Positions 47,716 to 58,329 of a stretch of DNA of 64,000 nucleotides are shown here, in pieces. The first letter of the stretch is position 1. Every line of letters starts with the position of its first letter. The position numbers and the translations under genes are program-made. The notes beneath the pieces were generated by a model. It searched no databases, was not told where the DNA came from, and was given only the letters and a program-made list of their open reading frames with translations. Origin of the DNA: Candidatus Delongbacteria bacterium (GTDB taxonomy: Bacteria > CAIWAD01); the NCBI GenBank assembly GCA_020634015.1, contig JACKCN010000001.1:659258-723257 (forward strand), written 5' to 3'.

Positions 47716-48966
47716 TCAGTCGAGGCGATGTACCACCAGGCCGCTGCGCAGTTTCGGTTCGAACCAGGTGGACTTGGGAGGCATCACACGTCCGCTGTCG
47801 GCCACGGCCATCAGGTCGTCGAGACTGGTGGGATGCATCGCGATGGCCATCACGAATTGGCCCTCGTCCACCCGACGTTCCAGCTCGCGCAGACCACGGA
47901 TGCCGCCCACGAAGTCGATGCGCTCATCCGTGCGCGGGTCGGCGATGCCCAGCATGCCGGTCAGCACGTGCTCCTGGAGGATGGCCACATCCAGACGGGC
48001 CACCGCGTCGTCCACCTCGCTCCACTCCGCAGGGGCTTCCACCTTGTACCAGATGCCATCCAGATACAGGCCGAACTGCCCCTTGCCGCGAGGACGCCAT
48101 GGCTCGCCGCGGTCCGACATGCGCTCGATCCTGAACTTGGTCGCGAGCTCAGCCAGAAACTGTTCTTCGGTACGATTGTTCAGATCCTTCACGACGCGAT
48201 TGTAGTCGATGATGTTCAACTGGTCGCTCGGGAAGCACACCGCCATGAAGAAATTGTATTCCTCCTGGCCGGTGTGGGACGGATTCTCGGCACGGCGCTT
48301 GGCCCCCACCTTGGCCGCACTGGCACTGCGGTGGTGTCCGTCGGCCACATAGAGCGCACGCACCTTCTGGAAATGGGCGGTGATCTCCTTCTGCACCTTG
48401 GGATCATCGACCACCCAGAACTCGTGCTGCACCCCGTCCACTTCGAACCAATACAGACACTTGTGGGCATCGCACCAGTCCTCGACCAGCCTGTCGATCT
48501 TCTCGTTGGGGCGGTAAGTCAGAAAAACGGGGCCCGTGTTGGCATTGGTCTCGTCCACATGGCGAATCCGGTCGCGCTCCTTGGTCTCGCGCGTGTGCTC
48601 GTGTTTCTTGATGGTGTTGTTCTCGTATTCCTCCACCGAGACGCAGCCCACCACACCGGTCTGGATGTTGCCGTTCATTTCCTGGCGATACAGGTAGAAG
48701 CAGGGCCGGTCATCCTGCACCAGGCGCCCCAGTTCGATCATCCGGTCCAGATTCCGGCGGGCCATGGCGTACACCGCATCGTCGTAAGGATTGGTGTCCT
48801 CGGGCAGATCGATCTCCGACTTGACCACGTGCAGAAAGCTGTACTCGTTGCCCTCCGCTTCCTGCCTGGCCTCCTTGGAATCCAGCACATCGTAGGGCTT
48901 GCTTGCAATGCGCGCGGCCAGATCGGCCCGGGGACGAAAACCGGCGAACGGAACGAAGGTGGCCAT
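47716..48966 (-). CDS. DUF1015 domain protein
   Basis: MATFVPFAGFRPRADLAARIASKPYDVLDSKEAR ... typical DUF1015 N-terminus. Sits downstream of serA/serC-like genes as in the known conserved cluster. Confidence 0.8.
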   Translation of the reverse strand: MATFVPFAGFRPRADLAARIASKPYDVLDSKEARQEAEGNEYSFLHVVKSEIDLPEDTNPYDDAVYAMARRNLDRMIELGRLVQDDRPCFYLYRQEMNGNIQTGVVGCVSVEEYENNTIKKHEHTRETKERDRIRHVDETNANTGPVFLTYRPNEKIDRLVEDWCDAHKCLYWFEVDGVQHEFWVVDDPKVQKEITAHFQKVRALYVADGHHRSASAAKVGAKRRAENPSHTGQEEYNFFMAVCFPSDQLNIIDYNRVVKDLNNRTEEQFLAELATKFRIERMSDRGEPWRPRGKGQFGLYLDGIWYKVEAPAEWSEVDDAVARLDVAILQEHVLTGMLGIADPRTDERIDFVGGIRGLRELERRVDEGQFVMAIAMHPTSLDDLMAVADSGRVMPPKSTWFEPKLRSGLVVHRLD

Positions 48967-49088
48967 GGACAATCTCCTTTGGATCACGGCAACGATGTGC
49001 GGACCTGTGGGCCGGCACGGAACACGCTATGGTCGGAATGGAATCGGGCCCGGAACGGTGGCGCCGGGCCCGCGGAAACACTGCGGAA

Positions 49089-50000
49089 TCACAGTCCCAG
49101 GACTTCGGCGATGATCTCCACCACCTCGCCCCCGATCCGGTCCTGGGCTTCGCTGGTCTGGGCGCCGATGTGGGGTGTCACACTCACACGGGGATGCGCC
49201 GCCAGCGCCTGGTTGAATCCGGGTTCGCTGGCGAAGACATCGATGCCCGCGCCCCCCAGCTTGCCGACTTCGAGCGCGGCCAGCAGGGCGGCTTCGTCCA
49301 CGGTTCCACCACGGCTGCAGTTGACAAGGATCGCGTCGGGCTTCATGGTCGCAAGTTCGGCGGCCCCGATCAGCGGAGGTGCGCCCTTGCTGTGAGGCAC
49401 GTTCAGGCTGATGTAATCGCTCTGCGGCAGCAGCTCCTTCAAGCTGCAGCGAGTGGCACCTTCCAGCGGCGCGATATCCGCATAACTGTCGCAGTAAACC
49501 ACGGACATTCCCAAGGCGAGCGCGCGCTTGGCGGTCTCGCGGCCGATGCGGCCGAAACCGATCACACCCAGGGTGGCCCCATTCAGCTCGCGACCCTCGT
49601 AGCGCTTCTTGTTCCATTGGCCCTGGCGCATGGTCACATTGGCATCGGGCAACCAGCGGCTCACGGCGAACATGTGCGCGATGACCAGTTCGGCCACGCT
49701 GGCACTGCTGGCGCCGGGTGTGTTGCGCACCGCGATGCCCTTTTCCGCCGCATAGGCGTGATTGATGTTGTCAATGCCCACACCACCCCGGATGAAGAGC
49801 CGGCAGTGCCCGGCAGCGGCGGCGTCCACCTCGGGATCACGCAACTGGGTGGCGCTGCGCACCACGACCGCATCCACGAGTTTCAGTTGCGCCAGCAGAT
49901 CATCACCGGTGTAGTGAGTCGTATCCACGGTCACGCCCAGGCGTTCGAGAGCCTCGATGGCGGATGCGGAAAGCCCGTCGTTCAGCAGAACACGCGGCAT
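49089..50000 (-). CDS. serA: D-3-phosphoglycerate dehydrogenase-like 2-hydroxyacid dehydrogenase
   Basis: GVIGFGRIGRETAKRA NAD-binding motif. Catalytic His/Glu/Arg context. Confidence 0.8.
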   Translation of the reverse strand: MPRVLLNDGLSASAIEALERLGVTVDTTHYTGDDLLAQLKLVDAVVVRSATQLRDPEVDAAAAGHCRLFIRGGVGIDNINHAYAAEKGIAVRNTPGASSASVAELVIAHMFAVSRWLPDANVTMRQGQWNKKRYEGRELNGATLGVIGFGRIGRETAKRALALGMSVVYCDSYADIAPLEGATRCSLKELLPQSDYISLNVPHSKGAPPLIGAAELATMKPDAILVNCSRGGTVDEAALLAALEVGKLGGAGIDVFASEPGFNQALAAHPRVSVTPHIGAQTSEAQDRIGGEVVEIIAEVLGL

Positions 50001-50025
50001 GATAGTCTCCTTGCGGCAGATGCCG

Positions 50026-51099
50026 CTACTTGAGGTCCAGAATGTCTTCCATCGCGACAAAGAGCTCGTCGAGCCCGGCAGCCGTGCACTCGGCCATGTG
50101 AGCGATGCGGAAGGTCTTGTCCTTCAGCTCGCCGTAGCCGTTGGCGATCTGGAAGCCGCGCTGGCCCAGGGCACCATTGAGTTCGCTGACATTGAAACCG
50201 CGCGTGTTGTGGATCACGGTCACGGTGCGCGAGGCGAAGGCATCGTCCACCAGCAGCTCGAAATGCTTGCGGCCCCAGGCCCGCACCTTCTCCATGTTGG
50301 CCTTGTGACGATCCCAGCGCACCTGCAGACCTTCTTCCAGGATCAGGTCCAGCGCCTTGTCCAGCGCATACATCAGACTGAGCGCGGGGGTGGAACTGTA
50401 TTGGTGGTCCTTCTTGAAGACGAAGTCGTAGAGCTGGACCATGTCGAAATAGAAGCCGCGATTCTGCACACCCCGGGCGCGCTCGATGGCGCGCTCGCTC
50501 ACGCTGCAGGCCGAGAGGCCGGGCGGCACGCCCAGCGCCTTCTGGGTGGACGTGATGCAGCAGTCCACGCCCAGCTCGTCCACGGGAATCGAGGTACCGG
50601 CCATGGAACTGACCGTATCCAGCAGCCAGAGCACATCGGGATAACGACGGCGCACCTCGGCGATCTCGGCCACCGGATTCATCACGCCGCTGGAGGTCTC
50701 GTTGTGGGTCACGGTAAAGGTGTCGTACTTGCCCGTGGCCAGGGCCTTCTCGACCTCGGAGGCCAGGGTGGGCTGTCCCTGGGGCACTTCGAAGAGGTCG
50801 GCATCCTTGCCGTTGAGCACGGCCATGTCATGCCAGCGCTTGCCGAACGCCCCCACGCTGAAAACTGCGGCGCGCTTCGCACTGAAGCTGCGGATCGCAC
50901 CTTCCATCAGACCGCTGCCCGATGAGGTGGAGAGCAGGATCACCTGCTCGGTCTGGAAGACCTTGCGCAGTTTCTCGGAAATGCCGCGCTGCAGGGCGCT
51001 GGCATCCTTGCTGCGGTGGCCGATCATCGGATGGGTCATCGCAGCCAGTACGTCGGGCCGGACATCCACCGGACCGGGAATGAAGAGTTTCTTGGCCAT
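50026..51099 (-). CDS. Class V aminotransferase (phosphoserine / serine-pyruvate aminotransferase family)
   Basis: PLP-fold. TSTQKALGVPPGLS lysine region. Located between serA and hldD. Confidence 0.75.
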   Translation of the reverse strand: MAKKLFIPGPVDVRPDVLAAMTHPMIGHRSKDASALQRGISEKLRKVFQTEQVILLSTSSGSGLMEGAIRSFSAKRAAVFSVGAFGKRWHDMAVLNGKDADLFEVPQGQPTLASEVEKALATGKYDTFTVTHNETSSGVMNPVAEIAEVRRRYPDVLWLLDTVSSMAGTSIPVDELGVDCCITSTQKALGVPPGLSACSVSERAIERARGVQNRGFYFDMVQLYDFVFKKDHQYSSTPALSLMYALDKALDLILEEGLQVRWDRHKANMEKVRAWGRKHFELLVDDAFASRTVTVIHNTRGFNVSELNGALGQRGFQIANGYGELKDKTFRIAHMAECTAAGLDELFVAMEDILDLK

Positions 51100-51132
51100 C
51101 TCTCGCTCCTGGCGATTGGGGGTCACTGTGAC

Positions 51133-52128
51133 TCAGGAAAGGGAATCCGTGCCGCTCGCACCCAGGCGCGCGCAGCCGTTTTCCAGATAGTTGCATACAT
51201 AATCCCTGACGGCCTCCTCGAGACCCGTCGCGGGCAATGGCAGGCCGATGGCCGTGCTGCGGCTCATCTCGGCGCAGGTGTGATACTGATACTGGCCGCG
51301 CAGTTCGGTGGGCATGGGCACCCAGTCGATCTTTGGTTCACGGCCCAGTGCCTGGAACACGGCCAGCGCCAGATCCTCGAAACGACGGGCCATTCCCGTG
51401 CCCAGATTGAACAGTCCGTGCACCTCGGGCATGCGCCAGGCGGCCAGCATGGTCTCGACCACATCCTTGACGTAAACGAAATCACGGCTCTCGTCGCCAT
51501 TGGCGAATCCATCGCGGTGATTGGCGAAGAGTCGCACCGGCCCGCCCGCGTGGATCTGTTCCCAGGCCTTCAGCACCATCGAGCGCATGCTCTCCTTGTG
51601 ATACTCGTTGGGCCCGAAGACATTGAAGAACTTGAACCCCACGGCCGTCTCGAGCAGCCCTTCATCGCGCAGCCAGCGATCGGCGAGCTGCTTGGACCAG
51701 CCATATCCATTGAGAGGAGCCAGCCGGTCGATGCCTCCGGGGTCGTCGGCATAACCCAGGGCGCCATCTCCGTAGGTGGCCGCGCTGGAGGCGTAGATCA
51801 AGCGGATTTTCTGCTGGGCGCAGATCCGGGCCAGGTCGCGGGTGAGGAGAGCGTTGTTGCCCATCAGGTAGTCCGCATCGCGCTCGGTCGTGCTGCTGCA
51901 GGCCCCCATGTGAAACACCACCTCGCAGTCCTCGGGCAACCCCCACTCCAGCGACTCGGCGAACTCCTGCTTGCCCTGGAACTCGGCGAAGGCCAGCGGC
52001 GCCAGATTGCGCCATTTCTCCCCCGTGCCCAGGCGGTCCACGACCAGAATGTCCCGGCGATCGAGCTGGTTCAGTCTCCAGATCAGGGCGCTGCCAATGA
52101 AGCCAGCTCCGCCGGTCACGATGATCAT
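51133..52128 (-). CDS. hldD: ADP-L-glycero-D-manno-heptose 6-epimerase
   Basis: MIIVTGGAGFIGSALIWRL ... YGWSKQLADRW (YxxxK). GGAGGA RBS. Confidence 0.85.
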   Translation of the reverse strand: MIIVTGGAGFIGSALIWRLNQLDRRDILVVDRLGTGEKWRNLAPLAFAEFQGKQEFAESLEWGLPEDCEVVFHMGACSSTTERDADYLMGNNALLTRDLARICAQQKIRLIYASSAATYGDGALGYADDPGGIDRLAPLNGYGWSKQLADRWLRDEGLLETAVGFKFFNVFGPNEYHKESMRSMVLKAWEQIHAGGPVRLFANHRDGFANGDESRDFVYVKDVVETMLAAWRMPEVHGLFNLGTGMARRFEDLALAVFQALGREPKIDWVPMPTELRGQYQYHTCAEMSRSTAIGLPLPATGLEEAVRDYVCNYLENGCARLGASGTDSLS

Positions 52129-52512
52129 GGGGTTCCTCCGGATCAGGGTCCGTGGATCAGCCGCTGGCAGCTGGTCCGGCCTGCTTGACAGAGTGACAGA
52201 ATTCTCCCGCGGGGTACCGCACCGAGGACGCGGGGATCGCGGACGCGTGACCCGGGACGATTGCGCTCGATTCGAGCTGAATCCGCTTCCAAAGCCACTG
52301 GAAAATCGCCGGAGAGTATAGCAATTGCCATGACGCAAGCTTGATCCCGGTCAGTTTCAGGGCTGGCATGGGGCTTGCTTCAGCAGGACTGGTGCCACCC
52401 GCGCGGAGTCCCGCGGGTCCAGTGGTTGACACTTTCCCGCGCCTCCCGCTGCGGGGCGATTGCTACACTGCCGACCGCTCCGGCCGTACCGCCATGTCCA
52501 AGGAGAACCCCC

Positions 52513-55500
52513 ATGCTGCTCAGTTCAACCCTTCTGTCACTGATGATGGGTACCGCATTGCCGGCCACCCACGTGCAGGCCGCGCCAGAACCGGCCGCCC
52601 CGGCGACTGCCGCGCACCTGCCGCTGATCGAAACCGGCGCTCCCAGCCGGGAAATGATCGAGTTCTTCCGCCAGCAGGAGAAGCCCTGGCGCCGCCTGCC
52701 GCACTCCCACGGGGGTTCCGGCCTGCGCGACAGCCGCACCCTGTCCCAGTACGACGTCAGCTACTACGAGCTGGAGCTGGACATGCCCACGGCCAGTGCG
52801 GGAATGACCGGTGTCGTGCGCATGCACTTCCGCTCGCTCGAGCCGGACCTGGCCAGCATTGAGCTGCACGCGGGCGACAACCTGGGCCTGGACCAGGTGC
52901 TGGTCAACGGTCAGGCCGCCAGTTTCAGTCACACGGGCGATGACTTCACGGTCACGCTGCCCCAGCCCCTGGGCGAAGGCGAGTCCGCCGTGCTGGAAAC
53001 CCACTACACGGTCACCTATGGGGGCGGGGGCGTGCTGCCCGCCACGCGCACCAATGTGCAGACCAGCCAGAGCGTGGCCACCCTCACCACCCAGGCCGAA
53101 CCCTGGGACGCCCGTCGTTTCTGGCCCTGCCGCGACGAGCCCATCGACAAGGCCGACAGCCTGCTGGCACACATCACCACCCAGGACTACAACACCGTGG
53201 TGTCCAACGGAGTGCTGCGCTCGAATCTGGTCAATGGGGACGGCACCCGCACGGTGACCTGGTTCGAAGGCCTGCCCATGTCGACCTACCTGTTCTCGGT
53301 CTGCATCGCGCCCTACAATCACCGCAGCGACACCTGGAGCTGGAACGAGACCAGCATGCCCATGGAAGAATGGTCCTGGGGTCTCAGTCCCAGCGAGCAG
53401 CAATTCGTCTCACAGACGGGCATGGACGCGCTGACCGCCTTCTCCGATCTCTTCGGCCTGTATCCCTTCCATGAGCAGAAGTATGGCCATGCCCAGTATA
53501 CCTGGGGCGGGGCAATGGAACACCAGAGCGTGAGCTCGATGGGCTTCTACAACCAGGCTGTGATCGCCCACGAGCTGATGCACCAGTGGTTCGGCGACAA
53601 GCTGACCTGCGAGAGCTTTCACCACATCTGGCTCAACGAGGGCTGGGCCACCTATGGAGAAGCCCTGTTCTTCGAGTCGATCGGTGGCAGCCAGACCCTG
53701 CATGACTACATGGATTTCGAAGAGTATTACGGGGGCGGCACGATCTACGTCGAGAACCCCGAGTCGGAAAACATCTTCGACGGCAATCTGAGCTACGCCA
53801 AGGGCGCCTGGGTGCTGCACATGCTGCGTCACGTGATGGGCGACGAAGGCTTCTTCACGGCCGTGCGCGCCTATCTGGGCGGCAGCGACCCCTCGGCCTA
53901 TCGCACCGTGGACACCGCCGAATTCCAGTCCTTCATGGAAGCGGAATACGGCGAGTCACTGGACTGGTTCTTCACCCAGTGGATCCACGGCGAGTACTGG
54001 CCCGACTATGTCTGGAACTGGCAGACCCGCAGCGAGGGCCCACAGCTCTGGCTGGACATGGGTGTGGTCCAGCGCCAGCTGCCCGAACGCCAGTTGTTCA
54101 CCATGCCTCTGGATCTGGTCGTGTACTATCCCAACCAGCCCGATACCCTGGTGCGTCTCTTCAACGACCAGCCCAGCCAGAACTGGAGCATCGCACTGGC
54201 CGAACAGCCCGATTCGGTGCGCCTGGACCCGCAGAACTGGGTGCTGAGCAATGTCACTCGGGCCAGCGATCTGGACTCCGATCCGCGGCTGGTTGAGGTG
54301 CGGATAGTCGATGGGGAGGGCGCTGTCATGGAAGCCCTGCCCGACACCGATGCCTTCGGTCTTGAACTGGACCTGCAGAACTTCGGCGGCCCACTGACCG
54401 GGCTGAGTGCCGAACTGCAGAGCACGGATTCGCGGATTGCCCTGACTCCGCAGCAGCTCACTCCGGGAGCCCTCGAGCTGGGCCAGACGATCACGCTGGA
54501 ATTCGATGCCGCCAGCCTCTCACGCCTCGAGGGCCGCGTGGCCTTCAGCCTGGAACTGGCCTGGCCGGATCACGCGCTCAGTCTGCCCTTCAGCCTGCCC
54601 GGCTCGCATCCCAGCCTGATTCTGGTGGACGACGATACCGAAGGCAACTGGGAGCAACTCTTCCTCGCCGCCGCCGGCGACGAGGTCGTGCAATTGCTCA
54701 GCCCGGCTGAATTCCTGAGCCAGACTCCCGACACCCAGGCATTGCTGATCTGGCATCAGGGCAATGCCGGACGCATGCTGAGCCCGGACGAGCGCTCGGC
54801 TCTCGAGAGCTTCGTGGAACTGAGTGGACACGTGGTGCTCAGTGGCCAGGACCTGCTGCAATCCCAGGATCCTGTCTGGGCCCAGCAGTTCCTTGGCCTG
54901 GAAGTGATCCAAAGCTCGGTCAGCTCCAGTGCGGTCAGTGGCGAGATCACATCGATCTTTCCCGGCCAGCTGTTGTTCTTCATCAACGGAGGCGCGGGCA
55001 ACCAGACCCATATGGATCGTCTGGATCCGCTCAATGCCTTCCCTGTTTTCCATTATTTCAATTCGGTGGAAAGTGGAGATGCGGGCGTGGTGCATGAATC
55101 GGACATCAGCGGGGGCCGCGTGCTCAGTCTGGGCTTCGGGTTGGAAGGCATCAGCGGCGCGGGCACCAGCATGGACCTGGGCGAGGTGCTGGAACGCCTG
55201 ATCGCCTGGTCCCGCGGCGAGGTCGGCCTGAATGAACCCGGCCACGCATTGCCGCGCAGCCCCGTGCTGGACAGCGCCTGGCCCAACCCCTTCAATCCCG
55301 AAACCCGCGTATCCTTCACGCTGCCGCGCGAGGGCAATGTGGAGCTGATGGTCTACAATCTGGCGGGGCAGCTGGTGGACACCCTGCACCGCGGGCGTCT
55401 GGCGGCGGGAACCCACCAGGTGCTCTGGCGGGCCGAAGGGCGCTCCAGCGGAGTCTACCTGCTGCGTCTGGACGGTCCGGGAGGTGGTGATACCATGAAA

Positions 55501-55518
55501 GTGCTGCTGCTCAAGTGA
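52513..55518 (+). CDS. M1 family zinc aminopeptidase with C-terminal T9SS (Por) sorting domain
   Basis: HELMHQWFGD ... WLNEGWATY (HExxH-x18-E). Signal peptide. C-terminus WPNPFNPETRVSFTL ... GVYLLRLDG ... KVLLLK. AAGGAGAA RBS. Confidence 0.8.
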   Translation: MLLSSTLLSLMMGTALPATHVQAAPEPAAPATAAHLPLIETGAPSREMIEFFRQQEKPWRRLPHSHGGSGLRDSRTLSQYDVSYYELELDMPTASAGMTGVVRMHFRSLEPDLASIELHAGDNLGLDQVLVNGQAASFSHTGDDFTVTLPQPLGEGESAVLETHYTVTYGGGGVLPATRTNVQTSQSVATLTTQAEPWDARRFWPCRDEPIDKADSLLAHITTQDYNTVVSNGVLRSNLVNGDGTRTVTWFEGLPMSTYLFSVCIAPYNHRSDTWSWNETSMPMEEWSWGLSPSEQQFVSQTGMDALTAFSDLFGLYPFHEQKYGHAQYTWGGAMEHQSVSSMGFYNQAVIAHELMHQWFGDKLTCESFHHIWLNEGWATYGEALFFESIGGSQTLHDYMDFEEYYGGGTIYVENPESENIFDGNLSYAKGAWVLHMLRHVMGDEGFFTAVRAYLGGSDPSAYRTVDTAEFQSFMEAEYGESLDWFFTQWIHGEYWPDYVWNWQTRSEGPQLWLDMGVVQRQLPERQLFTMPLDLVVYYPNQPDTLVRLFNDQPSQNWSIALAEQPDSVRLDPQNWVLSNVTRASDLDSDPRLVEVRIVDGEGAVMEALPDTDAFGLELDLQNFGGPLTGLSAELQSTDSRIALTPQQLTPGALELGQTITLEFDAASLSRLEGRVAFSLELAWPDHALSLPFSLPGSHPSLILVDDDTEGNWEQLFLAAAGDEVVQLLSPAEFLSQTPDTQALLIWHQGNAGRMLSPDERSALESFVELSGHVVLSGQDLLQSQDPVWAQQFLGLEVIQSSVSSSAVSGEITSIFPGQLLFFINGGAGNQTHMDRLDPLNAFPVFHYFNSVESGDAGVVHESDISGGRVLSLGFGLEGISGAGTSMDLGEVLERLIAWSRGEVGLNEPGHALPRSPVLDSAWPNPFNPETRVSFTLPREGNVELMVYNLAGQLVDTLHRGRLAAGTHQVLWRAEGRSSGVYLLRLDGPGGGDTMKVLLLK

Positions 55519-57608
55519 GACACCTGCTTGCCCTGCTGGGACTGGCTGGCTGCGTGCTGGCCCAGGTTCCCGAACTGCTCGACAGCCGTCCCGGTGCCGA
55601 CTGTTTCCGGCTGGCTCCCTGGCCCGCGGGGGGTCTGATCGCCGGAGGAGATGGCGTGTTGCAACTCGTCTCGCCAACGCCTGAACTGGCCCCCGTGATG
55701 GGCGAGTGGCTCAGCCCGGGCACTCTGTCCGATCTGGCCGGCGATGGCGAGCATCTGCTGCAGGCGCTCGGTGGTGCGGGCCTGCTGGTCTGGGACGCCA
55801 GCACGGGCCTGAGCGAGCCCTGGACCCTGGCGGTTCCGGCCACCAAGGTCTGCGTGGATCAGGATTGGGCGACAAGCGCCGCCGGTTCCCAGCTGAGCCT
55901 GATCCAACTGAACGGAGCCGCTCCCGAAGTCGTGCACACGGCCAGCCTGCCCTCGGCCTGTGCCGCACTTGCCCAGCGCGATACTCTGCTTTATGCCTTC
56001 GACGACAGCCAGCTCCATCTGTACCACATCGATGCCACTGGCTTCGCGCTGCGCACCAGCCAGACTCTTTCTGCGCCCGTGCTGAAAGCCCGTGTGTCCG
56101 CCGACGAATTGCTGCTGGTGCACATGGATGGAGTCGTGGAACGGATTTCCCTCAATGCCCAGGGTCGGCCGACAGGGTCCGAAAATTGGTCCAGCATGCT
56201 GGCCCCCAACGACATTCTGGCCCTTGGCTCACAGCGTTACCTGCTGAGCGTGCCCGGAACGGGACTGCTGCCGCTGTTCTGGCCTGCGGGCGAAGCCGCG
56301 CAGCCGGGCACTCCCCGCCGGTTCGCCGACTGGAACGGCCAGCTCTGCGCTCTGGGCAATGGGCGCATCGCGGTGGCCGAAGGCGAAGCCGGTGGCGCGC
56401 TGTATCTCACGGACTCCGAGGGCGTGCCCCAGGCGCTGGGCCGCTTCTCAACCCGACCTCTCGCACGCAAACTGCTGCTCGACGATCAACTGCCCCATCA
56501 CGTCTGGCTGCTTGACGGAAGGCTCGGTCTGCGCCGTTTCCACAGCGAGCTTCTCACCGAGCGCATGCAGCTGGCCTTCCCTCGGCCCGTGATCGGTGGA
56601 GACCTGCGCGAGGGCTGGGCCGGGGCCGTCACCGAGGGCTCGGGACTGCGTTTCTATCAGGTCTTCGCCGACAGCTCGGCGATCAACGGCATCCACAGCA
56701 CCGACCCGATCGTGGACCTGGCGATGGGCCCGGAGCTGATGCTGGCCTACATCACGTCCAATGGTTTCGTGGCCATCAAGCAGATCAATCCCTTTCCCTA
56801 CACGCTGTTCCACTACGGCACGATCTTCCTCAACTGCCTGCCGGGAGCCGCCTTCTGGGTGGGCGACCAGTTCTTCCTTGGCAGTCAGGACGGACGCCTG
56901 TTCCACGTGGATGTCAGTGACCCGCAGGCTCCCACGCTGGTGGAAACCCTGCAACTGGCCGGCCCCGTGCGCGACGCCGACCCCTATCCGCCCGCCGCGC
57001 TGGACCGCATGCTGGTGAGCGCGGGCGACCTCTACCGCCTGGCCTTCCAGGGAGCGGGTCCCGTGATGATCGAAGACAGCTACCACCACGCCTGGGGCCC
57101 CGTGGCCTGCGCCTCGGTGGGCGAGCTGGTCTGCTTCGCCACCGGCAACACGCCCGTGATCGGTGCCTTTCCCGGCACGCGCGGCAATCCCTTCGGCCCC
57201 CTGCTCTCGCCGGAGACCTCACCCGCGCCCGCCATGGCCGACCTGCTGGACATGGGCGGGCTGGAGGTGCTGGGACTGACGGAAGCCGGCGATCTCAATC
57301 GTTACACCTTCGCGCAGTTGGACACGCCTGCGCCAGTCGCGTTGCCCTCGAGTCTCGGCCTGCGTGCCTTTCCCAATCCGGCGAATCCGGGCACGGTGCT
57401 GCAGTTTGAGCTGCGCACTCCTGCGCGTGTGACGGTGACCCTGGTGGACATGGCGGGGCGTGTGTGCCTCAGCCAGGCAATGGGCGAATTGGGCAGCGGG
57501 CAGCAGCGGGTGGCCCTGGATCTGGCGGGATTGGCCAGTGGGGTGTATCTGTGTCGGGTGAGCGCGGGCGCGGAATGGGAGAGTGTGCGGCTGAGTCTGG
57601 TGAAGTGA
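55515..57608 (+). CDS. Hypothetical secreted protein with C-terminal T9SS sorting domain
   Basis: GTG start overlaps the M1 peptidase stop (GTGA). Signal peptide. C-terminus AFPNPANPGTVLQFEL ... GVYLCRVSAGAEWESVRLSLVK. Confidence 0.6.
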   Translation: MRHLLALLGLAGCVLAQVPELLDSRPGADCFRLAPWPAGGLIAGGDGVLQLVSPTPELAPVMGEWLSPGTLSDLAGDGEHLLQALGGAGLLVWDASTGLSEPWTLAVPATKVCVDQDWATSAAGSQLSLIQLNGAAPEVVHTASLPSACAALAQRDTLLYAFDDSQLHLYHIDATGFALRTSQTLSAPVLKARVSADELLLVHMDGVVERISLNAQGRPTGSENWSSMLAPNDILALGSQRYLLSVPGTGLLPLFWPAGEAAQPGTPRRFADWNGQLCALGNGRIAVAEGEAGGALYLTDSEGVPQALGRFSTRPLARKLLLDDQLPHHVWLLDGRLGLRRFHSELLTERMQLAFPRPVIGGDLREGWAGAVTEGSGLRFYQVFADSSAINGIHSTDPIVDLAMGPELMLAYITSNGFVAIKQINPFPYTLFHYGTIFLNCLPGAAFWVGDQFFLGSQDGRLFHVDVSDPQAPTLVETLQLAGPVRDADPYPPAALDRMLVSAGDLYRLAFQGAGPVMIEDSYHHAWGPVACASVGELVCFATGNTPVIGAFPGTRGNPFGPLLSPETSPAPAMADLLDMGGLEVLGLTEAGDLNRYTFAQLDTPAPVALPSSLGLRAFPNPANPGTVLQFELRTPARVTVTLVDMAGRVCLSQAMGELGSGQQRVALDLAGLASGVYLCRVSAGAEWESVRLSLVK

Positions 57609-57714
57609 GTGGGCGGACCTCTGGTGCAGTGCCTGGCGCCCCGAAGTGCTTCGGGCTACTTCAGGACCGGATGGAAGCCAGAGGGGAGAGCCAAGGCAGG
57701 TGGGTGGGGTGCTG

Positions 57715-58032
57715 TCACACAGCCCGGACGCGCAGGCGAATTCCTAGTGCTTTGGTGACTTTCAGGATGGTGGCGAAGCTCGGGTTGCCGTGCTCGCTCA
57801 GGGCTTTGTACATGCTTTCACGACTCAGACCAGCCTCACGGGCGACCAGCGCCATGCCCTTCGCGCGGGCGATATCGCCCAAGGCCCGAGCGATTCCCGC
57901 GATGTCATCCGGGGCTTCCTCGAACCAGGCATCCAGGTAGGCGGCCATTTCCTCCGGTGTACGCAATTGCTCGGAGACATCGTATTCCACGGTCCGAATG
58001 ACTGGCGAGGTGGTCTTGGTGGTTCTGGGCAT
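57715..58032 (-). CDS. HigA-family addiction-module antidote (XRE-type HTH) protein
   Basis: PEEMAAYLDAWFEE ... IARAKGMALVAREAGLSRESMYKALS ... PSFATILKVTKALGIRL matches the antidote family that pairs with RelE/HigB-like killers. Confidence 0.7.
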   Translation of the reverse strand: MPRTTKTTSPVIRTVEYDVSEQLRTPEEMAAYLDAWFEEAPDDIAGIARALGDIARAKGMALVAREAGLSRESMYKALSEHGNPSFATILKVTKALGIRLRVRAV

Positions 58033-58036
58033 CGTG

Positions 58037-58329
58037 CTATTCCTCAAGACTTCGTACCAGCGTTCGCGCAAGAAGGATGTCTGCTCTTTGGGAGGACTTG
58101 ACCCCTCCGACCAGCAAGATGATCAGTTCCTGCCCTCTTTGAGTGTAGTACACGCGATAGCCGGGACCCACATCCACTTTAGCTCTGAGATTCCGGACGC
58201 CAGATTCCGGTACTTCCCTGGATTGCCGTGGGCCAATCGGTCCACACGCACCTGAATCCGAGCCCTCGCTGCTCGATCCTTGAGTGCATTGATCCAGTCG
58301 CGATACATCTCGGTCATCCGAACGCGCAT
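58037..58329 (-). pseudogene. RelE/ParE-superfamily (HigB-like addiction-module killer) toxin gene disrupted by a 1-nt deletion
   Basis: The N-terminal half is in one frame (MTEMYRDWINALKDRAARARIQVRVDRLAHGNPGKYRNLASGISELK) and the C-terminal half in the +1 frame (KVDVGPGYRVYYTQRGQELIILLVGGVKSSQRADI). The join at about 58188 lies in a G run (AAAG-TGG). Confidence 0.6.
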
